The notes under the pieces are model-generated. The model had not been told where the DNA came from. It saw only the letters and a program-made list of their open reading frames with translations, and made no database searches. A stretch of DNA of 64,000 bases from NCBI GenBank assembly GCA_965218465.1, contig OZ244623.1, positions 2,868,097 through 2,932,096 on the forward strand, in the 5' to 3' direction. Made by a program: the position numbers and the translations under genes. The stretch comes from Acidobacteriota bacterium (GTDB taxonomy: Bacteria; Acidobacteriota; UBA6911; RPQK01; G965218465). This document shows, piece by piece, positions 31,801 through 39,792 of this stretch; the stretch's first letter is position 1, and each line of letters opens with the position of its first letter.

Positions 31801-31919
31801 AGTCCGAACCGAGACAACACGGAGAGTAACGCCTTCAATATTTGTGCGGTGATCCGTCCCAAGTCAGAGTTCCAGCAGGAATTCGCCGATTGCCTTCGAC
31901 ACAAGCGGACACACCGCAT
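28872..31919 (-). CDS. large hypothetical protein with ~330-aa acidic low-complexity N-terminal region and ~680-aa C-terminal globular domain (positionally DruF-like)
   Basis: 1015-aa ORF. N-terminal third is D/E/S/T/P-rich (…EESQVEESVKPIQVGSVTEGETDSETVATETPKPLVQEK…). A more likely start is GTG at 31820, because the ORF's first 56 bp overlap the methyltransferase gene. The stop overlaps the next gene's ATG. Confidence 0.5.
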   Translation of the reverse strand: MRCVRLCRRQSANSCWNSDLGRITAQILKALLSVLSRFGLASEASLTPDKDQPGVHQSALASTDDGSGDQLSDQPIEAGSTNTLEESQVEESVKPIQVGSVTEGETDSETVATETPKPLVQEKQPIRDANPGSESGPSSEGGFGEEIVSVDEAMEHDPTRYPVQMGVDESSAEEPPRNVETGHEAATPCTVREGRMTNGNEDGDDSARPEVAGAGDSGVDHRSVHEDTSQIDEVAPRSDPHPPLDVQHKGITTISSPNAGERTAEDASAGTLSTSPASLLNENRCGRDASPEAHRTTSVGVGKSESGCMDRPQAEEEPQKPTEEDVWATADDWRDPSPRQLTLPEDAHEYLVAVQDVSAVDHEYARWNTAVVEQLLLAGPSSEEALLCVNPRILARVFEEAGLGPITPEQAEQQFTTAVANLYQGHVLQHSARLRVLRRCSADGSPDCAAFLAGSVLAAFRMQSDEELSGNAYYRRLADLLKCEMHGAHPPGFNPAVFESLWVFLHTWLRKAHRRQLAMPKSDTGFRRFVALPLTHVPLRSLDIEKLPVFFSWAGYQPGARVRHDRLLSDLRRWQQSRNMLTPTATSALYDDRSAAISAQASAELEAWDGSFCESPSRRSALVEIQFDVVQRSPVFFYLPRRPPGFPKVFGDGKRVFEASDEGWYDPAQLRSEDGELLESGFEWLSHARGIDFTLRRSGALAIPFTPSSSYSGFLSSRRLLRGVRCSVLCCDNIVPIVKDYLSEVAQGLLSPVSHPLLPNGWSMFRDVSARVHVEAPATLEALEVDRKIKLIVAGGLRLGRRWSWLTGAPPRILVSGMEARDRIKVNGASVGVDASGELLAEGVFSEPGEYLVEAGSMRRRIAIERPQLSVQSQTELHESLDADRSRRIALPHGSWTLIGNSPDQVCYSDEEFFQGTIASCPFHPSWAIRVGAGPGAVVAVASYPSPPRMLTLRRLTVQTRKLIEQWSTVVYEAHIRRPRFVGLNGAVPDEGIVDGWKKYAALAKNIKRKLKKPQ

Positions 31920-33969
31920 TGGCCAGTTGCTGCTGCTTGTGCATCAAACCGCCGGATTGACCGTCCACGGTGCCCGCAAACCGAAACCAGTCGGGGAACG
32001 ATTGAAGCCGGCTTGCCTCACGCAGCGATAGCCCACGATTCTGCTCCGGATGAATGAGCATGCTTTTCCGATAGTGGCCGATCGTAATAGACGGCTCGTC
32101 CCATTCCAACCGTCGATAGATGTTGCTGTGGGTCCGCTTCACCTGCGAGTAGTTCGACATCATTTCCACTATGTCCTGCCAATTCCCCCCGGCAGGGATT
32201 CGTTTGTAGCGTTCGATAACATAATCGGTATGGCGTGACGTGATGTGGTCTAGAATATTTGTCTTGGGTGCGCTGTTACGCATCAGCGTTAGAAATTTAT
32301 TGCCCTCCCCTGTCGCAGGTTCACAATAGTCAATTTCATCCAAACCATGACCGTTGCCGATTGGTGGCAAATCGCCAATCGCCCCGCGGACCGTTACGAA
32401 CGAACGTCCTGCAAGGGGACCGTGGGTGGGGGTCGGAAAAGGGCCCCAGTCACCAAAGTCGTCCACGGAATAGCCAGCGTCCCTATGGATTCCCAGAACA
32501 AAAAAGCGCGTTCGGAATTGGGGCACACCGTACCAGACTGCATCCAACAGCTTTGGAAAAGTCATGTACCCAGCCAATTTCATCCGCTCAACAATGTGTT
32601 CCGCAACACTGGGCTGGATTTCTGACTTGCCGTTCCTTGCAGTCCATGCAATTCCCTGCACATTCTCAATCAAAAACACCGAAGGATTCAATTTCTCGAC
32701 ATATCTCATGAAAACGGTGACCATTTGATTCTGCGGATTAGTGCTCGACCACGAATTGCGGTTTGCACTAGAGAACCCTTGGCAGGGTGGACCTCCAACA
32801 AGAATGTCGACACCCCCCGCCTCAATCGCCTTGGATGCGACCAGTTCTAGTATCTTTCGGTCGTTAAGGTCGAACGGTTCAATGGACTCTGGAACGAAAT
32901 CACGCCACTTTGATTTTTGCATTCCAACTAGGCAGCTATGAGTATTTCTGAGGGTTTGAATGTAGATCGGATGAAGTTCCCCTGCGAAAACAAGCCGAAA
33001 CCGCCTCTTGGGATGTTTAGACATTAAGAATCCGAGTCCCATTCCCCCAGCGCCAGCAAAAAGCTCTACGACGTTGAGCACATTCGCTCCGGCGAACTTC
33101 GCACCACGGGGCCTACTTTCCGAACAGACAGTGTTCGAATCGCCTTCCGAAGATTTGTCCTGAAGCCTTGCGAGAGTAATGTTTGATCGATATCGCAACA
33201 TTAGGCCGGGCCCGTTATTCAGGGCTTCTCCTTCGTGCGACAGGCTTGGAGGCTTGCGCAAATTTCTTTCTTGTCGTCGGACGAGGGGCCTAATCCATCG
33301 GACCCAACCAATGTATCGGACAAGATCTTCAAGTGGAGTAGCGCGCAGCGAAGTCAGTCCGATAATCGTTCCTGGATGCAGTCCTACAATGCCGCCTGTC
33401 TGAGCCACAAACAGGCGTGCCGTTGTGTCGTCCGGCAAACATACTTTCGCTAGATCAGCTACCGAAAATCGCATGGAAGATGTTCCGTTGCCCGGAGCAA
33501 CCTCCACATCCCGCCACACCGCACCCCCTAACGTATCTGCCGCTCTTTGTTTGACCCACTTTCCGCGTTGTGCACACTCAACTTCGTGACTTGGTCGGAT
33601 TTCAAGGATAAAGTCTAGTCTCTTTTCAACCAGAGACTTGATGAACGAAAAACTGCTACCATAGGAGGCCCCTGCAACAATAACCGGGTCCCCTCCTAGT
33701 CTATTGCACCTGCTGAGCAATCCGAGTGCTACCGTTTGCTTGTATTCCTTTGTTCCCGTCTCCGCCTGCCGTCGCGCCACCTGTGCCTTACCGTAGACTT
33801 TCTTCCATTTGCCTTCGACGATCTTGTGCACACGAACTGTGACCGACGGATCGCCTTGGCCGCGCTGTAGTCCCAGAATTGGGCGTCGGTTTGATCTCGC
33901 ACTGTCGTCTTCTACCAGCAAGATGATGCCCAAGTTGGTTTGCGTCAAAAGGGGCCTTACATTCGACAT
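31864..33969 (-). CDS. DNA (cytosine-5)-methyltransferase with ~290-aa N-terminal extra domain (DruM-like / Dcm-like)
   Basis: C-terminal ~410 aa carry motif I LFAGAGGMGLGF, motif IV ILVGGPPCQGFSSANR, motif VI FLIENVQG, and motif IX/X region (ASRLQSFPDWFRF, QLANAVCP). The N-terminal domain (…GGDPVIVAGASYGSSFSFIKSLVEKRLDFILEIRPSHEV…) is unassigned. Confidence 0.8.
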   Translation of the reverse strand: MSNVRPLLTQTNLGIILLVEDDSARSNRRPILGLQRGQGDPSVTVRVHKIVEGKWKKVYGKAQVARRQAETGTKEYKQTVALGLLSRCNRLGGDPVIVAGASYGSSFSFIKSLVEKRLDFILEIRPSHEVECAQRGKWVKQRAADTLGGAVWRDVEVAPGNGTSSMRFSVADLAKVCLPDDTTARLFVAQTGGIVGLHPGTIIGLTSLRATPLEDLVRYIGWVRWIRPLVRRQERNLRKPPSLSHEGEALNNGPGLMLRYRSNITLARLQDKSSEGDSNTVCSESRPRGAKFAGANVLNVVELFAGAGGMGLGFLMSKHPKRRFRLVFAGELHPIYIQTLRNTHSCLVGMQKSKWRDFVPESIEPFDLNDRKILELVASKAIEAGGVDILVGGPPCQGFSSANRNSWSSTNPQNQMVTVFMRYVEKLNPSVFLIENVQGIAWTARNGKSEIQPSVAEHIVERMKLAGYMTFPKLLDAVWYGVPQFRTRFFVLGIHRDAGYSVDDFGDWGPFPTPTHGPLAGRSFVTVRGAIGDLPPIGNGHGLDEIDYCEPATGEGNKFLTLMRNSAPKTNILDHITSRHTDYVIERYKRIPAGGNWQDIVEMMSNYSQVKRTHSNIYRRLEWDEPSITIGHYRKSMLIHPEQNRGLSLREASRLQSFPDWFRFAGTVDGQSGGLMHKQQQLANAVCPLVSKAIGEFLLEL

Positions 33970-34244
33970 CTAGAGCAGCACCGGTTTGCGAGGATCGAGG
34001 ATATGAAGGTCTGCATGCCCACAAAACGTGGCAAGATCCATATTTTTCAATTATATCTCTGTGGTCGGGGTTTCTCCAGCACTTGAGGGCTGGCGCCGAG
34101 AACGCAGTGATGGTTCGATCCGCAGGCTGCAACATTCCGTCCAACTTGGTGGTCGCATGGCGGAGCATCTCGCGGGAGTAGCGGTGACGGCCCGGTACAA
34201 CACTGGGTCCCGTAGGCCCACAATCGTCCAACCCAGCTGCAATG

Positions 34245-34607
34245 TCAACCGATCGTAATGATCAGCGTATCCGTCTCAACGGCACCTTGGTGGAGAGAAA
34301 TTCGACGGCTGGTGTTCGGCCCGGTTGCACGTTGCCGTCTGCGCCAGTACACCGTGCGCTTCTCGATATAGTCCCGTCGGAGGAATAGACAGGCCTCCCA
34401 ATAGCAAATCAGCAGATTGATTGAGAAAAACAGACTAAACAGACAATGGATGACGTTGAGGTCCCGGTAGACGTAGTAACGAGTGCCAATGCCGAGAAGC
34501 GCCAGAAGTGCGGCCACCAGCGCCGCAAGCAGTCCGGCCGGCATCCCTGAACTGTTCTTGCGTGCACTTAGGTCCGGAGCTATTCGATCGGGGTTGTACT
34601 TACCCAT
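34245..34607 (-). CDS. hypothetical small membrane protein
   Basis: 120 aa with two hydrophobic segments (AGLLAALVAALLALLGIG; CLFSLFFSINLLICYW). Sits between the methyltransferase and the island boundary. Confidence 0.3.
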   Translation of the reverse strand: MGKYNPDRIAPDLSARKNSSGMPAGLLAALVAALLALLGIGTRYYVYRDLNVIHCLFSLFFSINLLICYWEACLFLRRDYIEKRTVYWRRRQRATGPNTSRRISLHQGAVETDTLIITIG

Positions 34608-34648
34608 GGCTTGTGATCCTCGTTGAAATTCTAACCTTGCCGGCTACC

Positions 34649-34755
34649 ACTCAGCCTTGCACCGCGCTTGCCCCGCCCTCGGCCCACCACATGCCGGCAA
34701 TGGTTCCAGCCCCGAAGATGGCAAAGGCGGCGATCTGAGCGTACATGGTCCCGTC
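34649..34755. repeat. direct repeat DR2: 3' end of intact MFS gene (gene-proximal att-like island boundary)
   Basis: Partner of DR1. 72-nt core 34666-34737 matches 19438-19509 with one mismatch. Confidence 0.7.
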
Positions 34756-35970
34756 GAAGCTTTGTCCCACCACCGCGCCCAGCGGCACCGAGATGAAGAG
34801 GGAGAGCGAAGCGACCACGGCGGCCCCCACCCCCGCGATATGGCCGAGAGGCTCCATCGCGAGCGCATTGAGATTGCCGAAGAGGAGCCCAGTGCCGAGG
34901 AAGACGACGAAAAGGTAGGCCATGAAGAGCCAGAAGGGAGGAAGCCCTTGGAAGGCAAAAGCCAGCGCCCAGGCGACAACCGAGACCAGGGTGACGGACA
35001 CCGCCGCCGCCTTTGAGAGCCGGCGCATCCCATACTTGATCACCAGGCGGCTGTTCACGAGCGAGGCGCACCCGACGGGGAGGGAGAGAACTCCGAACCA
35101 GAGCGGGAACAGCGCCCCGGTCCGATAGCCCTCCTGGAAGATTTGCTGGGCCGAGCTGAGGTAGGCGATGAAGGGTGCGAATACGCATGCGATGGCGAAC
35201 ATGTAGCCTACCGCGGTCCGGATTCTCAGCACTTCCAGGACGGTCCGGCCGATGGCCCGTGGGGAGAAGGGACGCCGGTGGGCGGCGGGCAGGGTTTCCG
35301 GCTGGCGAAACGCAAACCACCCCAATGCGATCGCGGCGATGGCGACGAAGGTCGCGAATATCGAGCGCCAGCCTCCCAACTGGAGGATCCCCTGGCCGAG
35401 GGCCGGGCCGACGGTGGGAACGAGCATGAAGATGGCCACCACAAAGGACATCAGACGAGCCATTTGGCGGCCCTGGTACTGATCGCGCACCATGGCCAGG
35501 GTCACGATGCGCGGTCCCGCGACCCCGATTCCCTGCAACACACGGCCCGCGATCATCACCTCGAAGGTGGGTGCGAAGATGCTCACCAGACAACCGGCCA
35601 TGAACAGGAGGAGGCCGGCATGCATGGCAGCCTTGCGTCCGACGCGATCGGAGAGCGGGCCGATGAGCATTTGGCCCAGCCCAAGTCCCACCAGCAGAGC
35701 CGTGATGACGAACTGGACGTCGTTCCGGCGCAGCACGCCGAACTCGCGGCCGATCGCGGGCAGCGCCGGCAACATCGTGTCGATCGCGAGCGCCACCAGC
35801 GACATCAGCAGGGCGGCGAGGGGAACGAATTCGCCGGGACGAAGGGCAGGCCCAGCCGCCGTCCAGCTCGTCCTCCCCCCCTGTGCGCCATCATGGCGTT
35901 CTTGGCCGTCAGCCTGATCGTCCGTCCCCGGTACTTGAAGTCCGCCGCGCGGCGGTAAGTGTTGGGTCAT
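34651..35970 (-). CDS. MFS transporter, Bcr/CflA-type drug:H+ antiporter family
   Basis: 12-TM protein with …DTMLPALPAIGREFG… and GPLSDRVGRK (the MFS motif between TM2 and TM3). The N-terminal ~55 aa of the ORF may be over-extended. Confidence 0.75.
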   Translation of the reverse strand: MTQHLPPRGGLQVPGTDDQADGQERHDGAQGGRTSWTAAGPALRPGEFVPLAALLMSLVALAIDTMLPALPAIGREFGVLRRNDVQFVITALLVGLGLGQMLIGPLSDRVGRKAAMHAGLLLFMAGCLVSIFAPTFEVMIAGRVLQGIGVAGPRIVTLAMVRDQYQGRQMARLMSFVVAIFMLVPTVGPALGQGILQLGGWRSIFATFVAIAAIALGWFAFRQPETLPAAHRRPFSPRAIGRTVLEVLRIRTAVGYMFAIACVFAPFIAYLSSAQQIFQEGYRTGALFPLWFGVLSLPVGCASLVNSRLVIKYGMRRLSKAAAVSVTLVSVVAWALAFAFQGLPPFWLFMAYLFVVFLGTGLLFGNLNALAMEPLGHIAGVGAAVVASLSLFISVPLGAVVGQSFDGTMYAQIAAFAIFGAGTIAGMWWAEGGASAVQG

Positions 35971-36314
35971 GCCGTGATGTTACCGATGGAGAGTTCGCTT
36001 GCAAGTTCTTCTTGAGGGGCCACAGCGACATGTCCTTTTTCGGTTGAGCACGTTTGGTGTGCCGGTCGTAGCGTCTCCGTCCAGGTCGACGACCCCGCGG
36101 CAACAGAGCCACCCCGCGGTTGGTCATGATCGGCACATCCCTCAGCCCCCGGCCTGATGGATGACCTCATGGCTTTAGTGGAACCGATGGGGCGCAGGAG
36201 AAACCTCTAAGCGGCTGAGTCATTCTAATCAAATACTTACAGTCGCTTTGGTGAGGGCGACGACGTCAATGGCAAAGAGTGCGAGAAGTCCGGCAGGGGG
36301 AGCGGACTCCCGGC

Positions 36315-37805
36315 TCAGCGCCCCAGGCTGCGACGACTCATCCAGCGGCGCAGCAGAAAAAAGACCACCATGGCCGCTGTCCACTGCACCAGGCACGACA
36401 TCACGCTGAACGAATCAAACGGGTCGTACCAGGTGTTGGGAGCATAGACAGTGGCCGAGAGGTAAAGCCACCACACCAGCAACACGATCGCCAGGGTTGG
36501 AATCACGTAAGTGACAACTCTGTCCCAGTAGCGTCCGGCGTTCCAATCGTTAGGCAAGCCGTCAATCGTTTCTTTACGGAACTGTCTGGCCCCGTGACGA
36601 ATAATTACCAAGGCCATGAACGCTCCCGAAATCATCAAGGCCACACCCCAGACAAAATCCTGGTTCTCGAAGAAACCGAGGTGGAGGGCCGAGGGGATAC
36701 CCAGGGCAAAGCCGGTGCTGCAAACCCCCGCGATGGCGAAGCGTCGCGAGACACCGAAGTCCACCACAATCCGGGTCACCAATTCGATCATCGAAATCAG
36801 AGAACTGAAGGCCGCAAAGGACAGTCCCAGGAAAAACAGCACGGCAAACAGATTGCCGGCCGGCATCTTGGCAAAGAGTTGGGGCATCCAGATAAAGGTC
36901 AGCCCAGTGGCAGCGGGACCGCTGGTCTGCATCACCTCCAGCACATCGACCTTGCTCATCTCGTCGCCCAGGATGGCAAAGACAGTGCCAAAGATGATGA
37001 TGGCGGCCAGTATCGAGACGGTGTTGTTGCCCAGGCCGGTAATCAGCGCATTCTTGACCACACCGTGCCTGCTCTGCATGTAGGCCCCATAGGTGAGGAT
37101 AAGTCCCCAACCCGCGCCCGTATCCCACGCGTTCTGGGTGAGCGCCTCCAGCCAGACTTTAGGCTGAGCCAAGGTGGGCCAGTCAGGGGTGAAGAGAAAA
37201 GCAATCCCCTCCCAGGCGCCATCCAGTGTCAGTGTTCGTCCCAGCGCTATCAATACGATCAGGAGCAGAGTAGGAATCAGAACCTTGTTGACCCGCTCGA
37301 TCGAGCGGACGCCCTTCCAAACGGCCACCATGCCGAGTCCCATCGCCAAGGCATGGAAGAGCACTGGAAAGCCGCTTCCTTGAAAGCTGTCCCAAACTCC
37401 TTGGGCAGTTTGCCGGTCGAGCGGCAAGCTGCCGCCCAGCATCTTGCCAAAGTAATAGAGGCACCAGCCTGCGACGACCGAGTAATAGAACATGATGGCT
37501 GCCGCCACAAAACCGACAAAGGCGCCCATCCAGATGAATCTCTCGCCGGCGATTTTGCCGAAGGTGCCTACCACACCCATCCGCCCTTTGCGTCCCAGCG
37601 CATACTCGGCGATGATCAGCGGCACGCTCCAAAGCAACAGGAAAATGATCCAAGCCACCAGGAAGGCTCCGGCTCCGGCATCACCGCTGTTTTGGGCAGC
37701 GATGCGTGGAAAGCGCCAGATATTGCCGGTGCCAACGGCAATACCGAGCACGCTCAGGAGCAGCCCCAGTCGGGAAGAGAAGCGTTGTTGTGTCTGATCA
37801 ACCAT
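36315..37805 (-). CDS. sodium-dependent transporter, NSS/SNF (neurotransmitter:sodium symporter) family
   Basis: N-terminal signature GLAVGTGNIWRFPRIAAQNSG and WSVPLIIAEYALGR; ~12 TM. Confidence 0.8.
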   Translation of the reverse strand: MVDQTQQRFSSRLGLLLSVLGIAVGTGNIWRFPRIAAQNSGDAGAGAFLVAWIIFLLLWSVPLIIAEYALGRKGRMGVVGTFGKIAGERFIWMGAFVGFVAAAIMFYYSVVAGWCLYYFGKMLGGSLPLDRQTAQGVWDSFQGSGFPVLFHALAMGLGMVAVWKGVRSIERVNKVLIPTLLLIVLIALGRTLTLDGAWEGIAFLFTPDWPTLAQPKVWLEALTQNAWDTGAGWGLILTYGAYMQSRHGVVKNALITGLGNNTVSILAAIIIFGTVFAILGDEMSKVDVLEVMQTSGPAATGLTFIWMPQLFAKMPAGNLFAVLFFLGLSFAAFSSLISMIELVTRIVVDFGVSRRFAIAGVCSTGFALGIPSALHLGFFENQDFVWGVALMISGAFMALVIIRHGARQFRKETIDGLPNDWNAGRYWDRVVTYVIPTLAIVLLVWWLYLSATVYAPNTWYDPFDSFSVMSCLVQWTAAMVVFFLLRRWMSRRSLGR

Positions 37806-38149
37806 TACCGGGTTCTCCGGGGTGGATGTTAGCGATCGTCAGTGTCGGGTTTGATGTTCACTCGCGACATCTTGTTGCCGGTTGCGAATTAAGCCCTCGC
37901 TGTCACTAAAGGGCAAGAGTTACGGACCTTTCAATCATCGGCAAAACTGGGCAGTTGTCAACCATTGATCATCAGAGCCCACCGGACCGCGCTCGCTGGA
38001 GGGGCTACGAGTAACAGTTCATTTGCTCACCGGCTTGATGCAGGTGGAGCCCTGGGCTTCCTCCGGCAGCCCAACCTTCAGTCAACAAGATTGGACAAAC
38101 TCGGTAGACCCGCAAGCACATGCTGGGCGACAATAAGGAACAGTGACCC

Positions 38150-39124
38150 ATGAGTGAAAAAGCAAAGATCCTGGCCACCGGCCCCCTGGATCAAGTAGCC
38201 ATCGACATTCTCAGTCCCTTTGGTGAAGTCCAAGTTGCCCCCAACGGTGAACCGGAGTCGGTTCTTCCCCTTGTTTCGGAGGCGATCGCGCTCGCTGTTC
38301 GAGGCGGCGGGGGGATTGATCGGCGAGTGATCGAAGCCGGGCGGAAACTGCGAGTCATCGGCCGTAGCGGAGTTGGACTCGACAATGTTGATGTGGGGAC
38401 GGCAACCCGGCTTGGGATACCGGTAGTTTTCACTCCCGCGGCTTCGGCCTCGGCCGTTGCCGAAGGGGCTATGACCTACATGCTGGCGTTGTGCAAACGA
38501 ATCACCTATTGGGACCGGCAACTCAAGAAGGGAAACTGGGAGAGTCGGGAACAATCCAGGCCGGCCGACCTCCGCGGTGCTGTCCTGGGTATTGTAGGTC
38601 TGGGCAATATTGGGCAGACCCTGGCCAAGCTCGCCCGACCGTTCGATATGTCGATCCTGGCCCATGATCCCTATGTCACTCCTGAGACAGCCTTGCAACT
38701 GGGAGTAGAGCTCGTCAGTCTGGAACAATTGTTGGCCAGGGCCGATTTCATTTCCTTGCATGCTCCGTTGACCCGCAAAACGAGAGGTTTGATCAATGCT
38801 CAGAATATGAAGCTGGTCAAACGGGGAGCCTATCTGGTCAATATGGCCCGGGGCGGAGTCGTCGATAGTCTCGATACGCTCTATGACGCTCTCAACGAAG
38901 GAGTGCTGGCCGGGGTGGGACTGGACGTGTTCGAGCCGGAACCTCCCGATGTGAGCCATCCCATCTTTGGGCATCCCGGCTGCCTGACGTCGCCCCACGT
39001 GCTGGGAACGACACATGGGGCCATGAGCCGAATCTTTCGAACCATGGCCGAAGACATGGCGGCGGTCCTGAAAGGTTCCCGACCTCGCTTCGTCGCCAAT
39101 CCTGAGGTTTTCCAAAATCCTTGA
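38150..39124 (+). CDS. D-isomer-specific 2-hydroxyacid dehydrogenase (PGDH/hydroxypyruvate-reductase-like)
   Basis: NAD-binding GLGNIGQTLAKLARPFDM, catalytic region with MARGGVVD and GLDVFEPEP...HPGCLTSPH. Confidence 0.75.
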   Translation: MSEKAKILATGPLDQVAIDILSPFGEVQVAPNGEPESVLPLVSEAIALAVRGGGGIDRRVIEAGRKLRVIGRSGVGLDNVDVGTATRLGIPVVFTPAASASAVAEGAMTYMLALCKRITYWDRQLKKGNWESREQSRPADLRGAVLGIVGLGNIGQTLAKLARPFDMSILAHDPYVTPETALQLGVELVSLEQLLARADFISLHAPLTRKTRGLINAQNMKLVKRGAYLVNMARGGVVDSLDTLYDALNEGVLAGVGLDVFEPEPPDVSHPIFGHPGCLTSPHVLGTTHGAMSRIFRTMAEDMAAVLKGSRPRFVANPEVFQNP

Positions 39125-39247
39125 GGACAAATCGCCCTCAAGAATGGAAGGCGCCGCCAAAAACAAGGTTGAGTGGACGCCACTCGGATCCCCGACCGGG
39201 AACACCGGCGGTGGCCGGAGTTCGGCACCGGAATTGGAAAGTGAGAT

Positions 39248-39583
39248 ATGAAAGGTAAATCGTTGCACGAGGTGGCGGGTGTTGCGTACCCCGAGGGAGT
39301 GTTGCGCCGAACGCTCTCTTATAACCGGGAAGTCATGCTCTGTCATTTCCAGCTCAAGGCAGGAGCCAAGATCCCGCTGCATAACCATCGAGCCAGTCAG
39401 ATTGGATTTGTGGCCAAGGGGAAGGTGCGCTTTCTGGGTGAAAAGGAAGCCGACTCCTTTTTGGCCCAGGCTGGAGATTCCTATGTTATGGATCCCCATC
39501 AGTTCCACGGGGCCGAGGCTCTTGAAGCGGCCGAAATCGTCGAGGTTTTCTACCCTGTTCGAGAGGAATACAAGGATGGTTGA
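39248..39583 (+). CDS. cupin-domain protein
   Basis: 111 aa with two-His cupin motif (…KIPLHNHRASQIGFVAKGKVRF…GDSYVMDPHQFHG…). Confidence 0.5.
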   Translation: MKGKSLHEVAGVAYPEGVLRRTLSYNREVMLCHFQLKAGAKIPLHNHRASQIGFVAKGKVRFLGEKEADSFLAQAGDSYVMDPHQFHGAEALEAAEIVEVFYPVREEYKDG

Positions 39584-39792
39584 GCGCGGCGCCGATCCGG
39601 CCTGAACCGACCGCCGGAAAGCCGCTATCCGATTACAGGCGCCTTGGGTCAGTTGCCGAGGGCTCGAACGCGCCCCAATAATTCCGTGATCGCCCGCCGG
39701 ACATTGGGTTGCTCTTCAGCTGCTTCCGAGGCTTTGGGCTAGGACTCAAGCGAATCCTGTGGGATGGACATCGTTGGTCACATCCTTAGGGG

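Noticed and set aside
35143-35958. 271-aa plus-strand ORF, and 36279-37832 (+) 517 aa, 38078-39508 (−) 476 aa, 5216-6367 (+) ORFs
   Set aside because: Each is antisense to a well-supported gene (MFS, NSS transporter, 2-hydroxyacid dehydrogenase, cytochrome), and is His/Arg/Gly-rich low-complexity; shadow ORFs.
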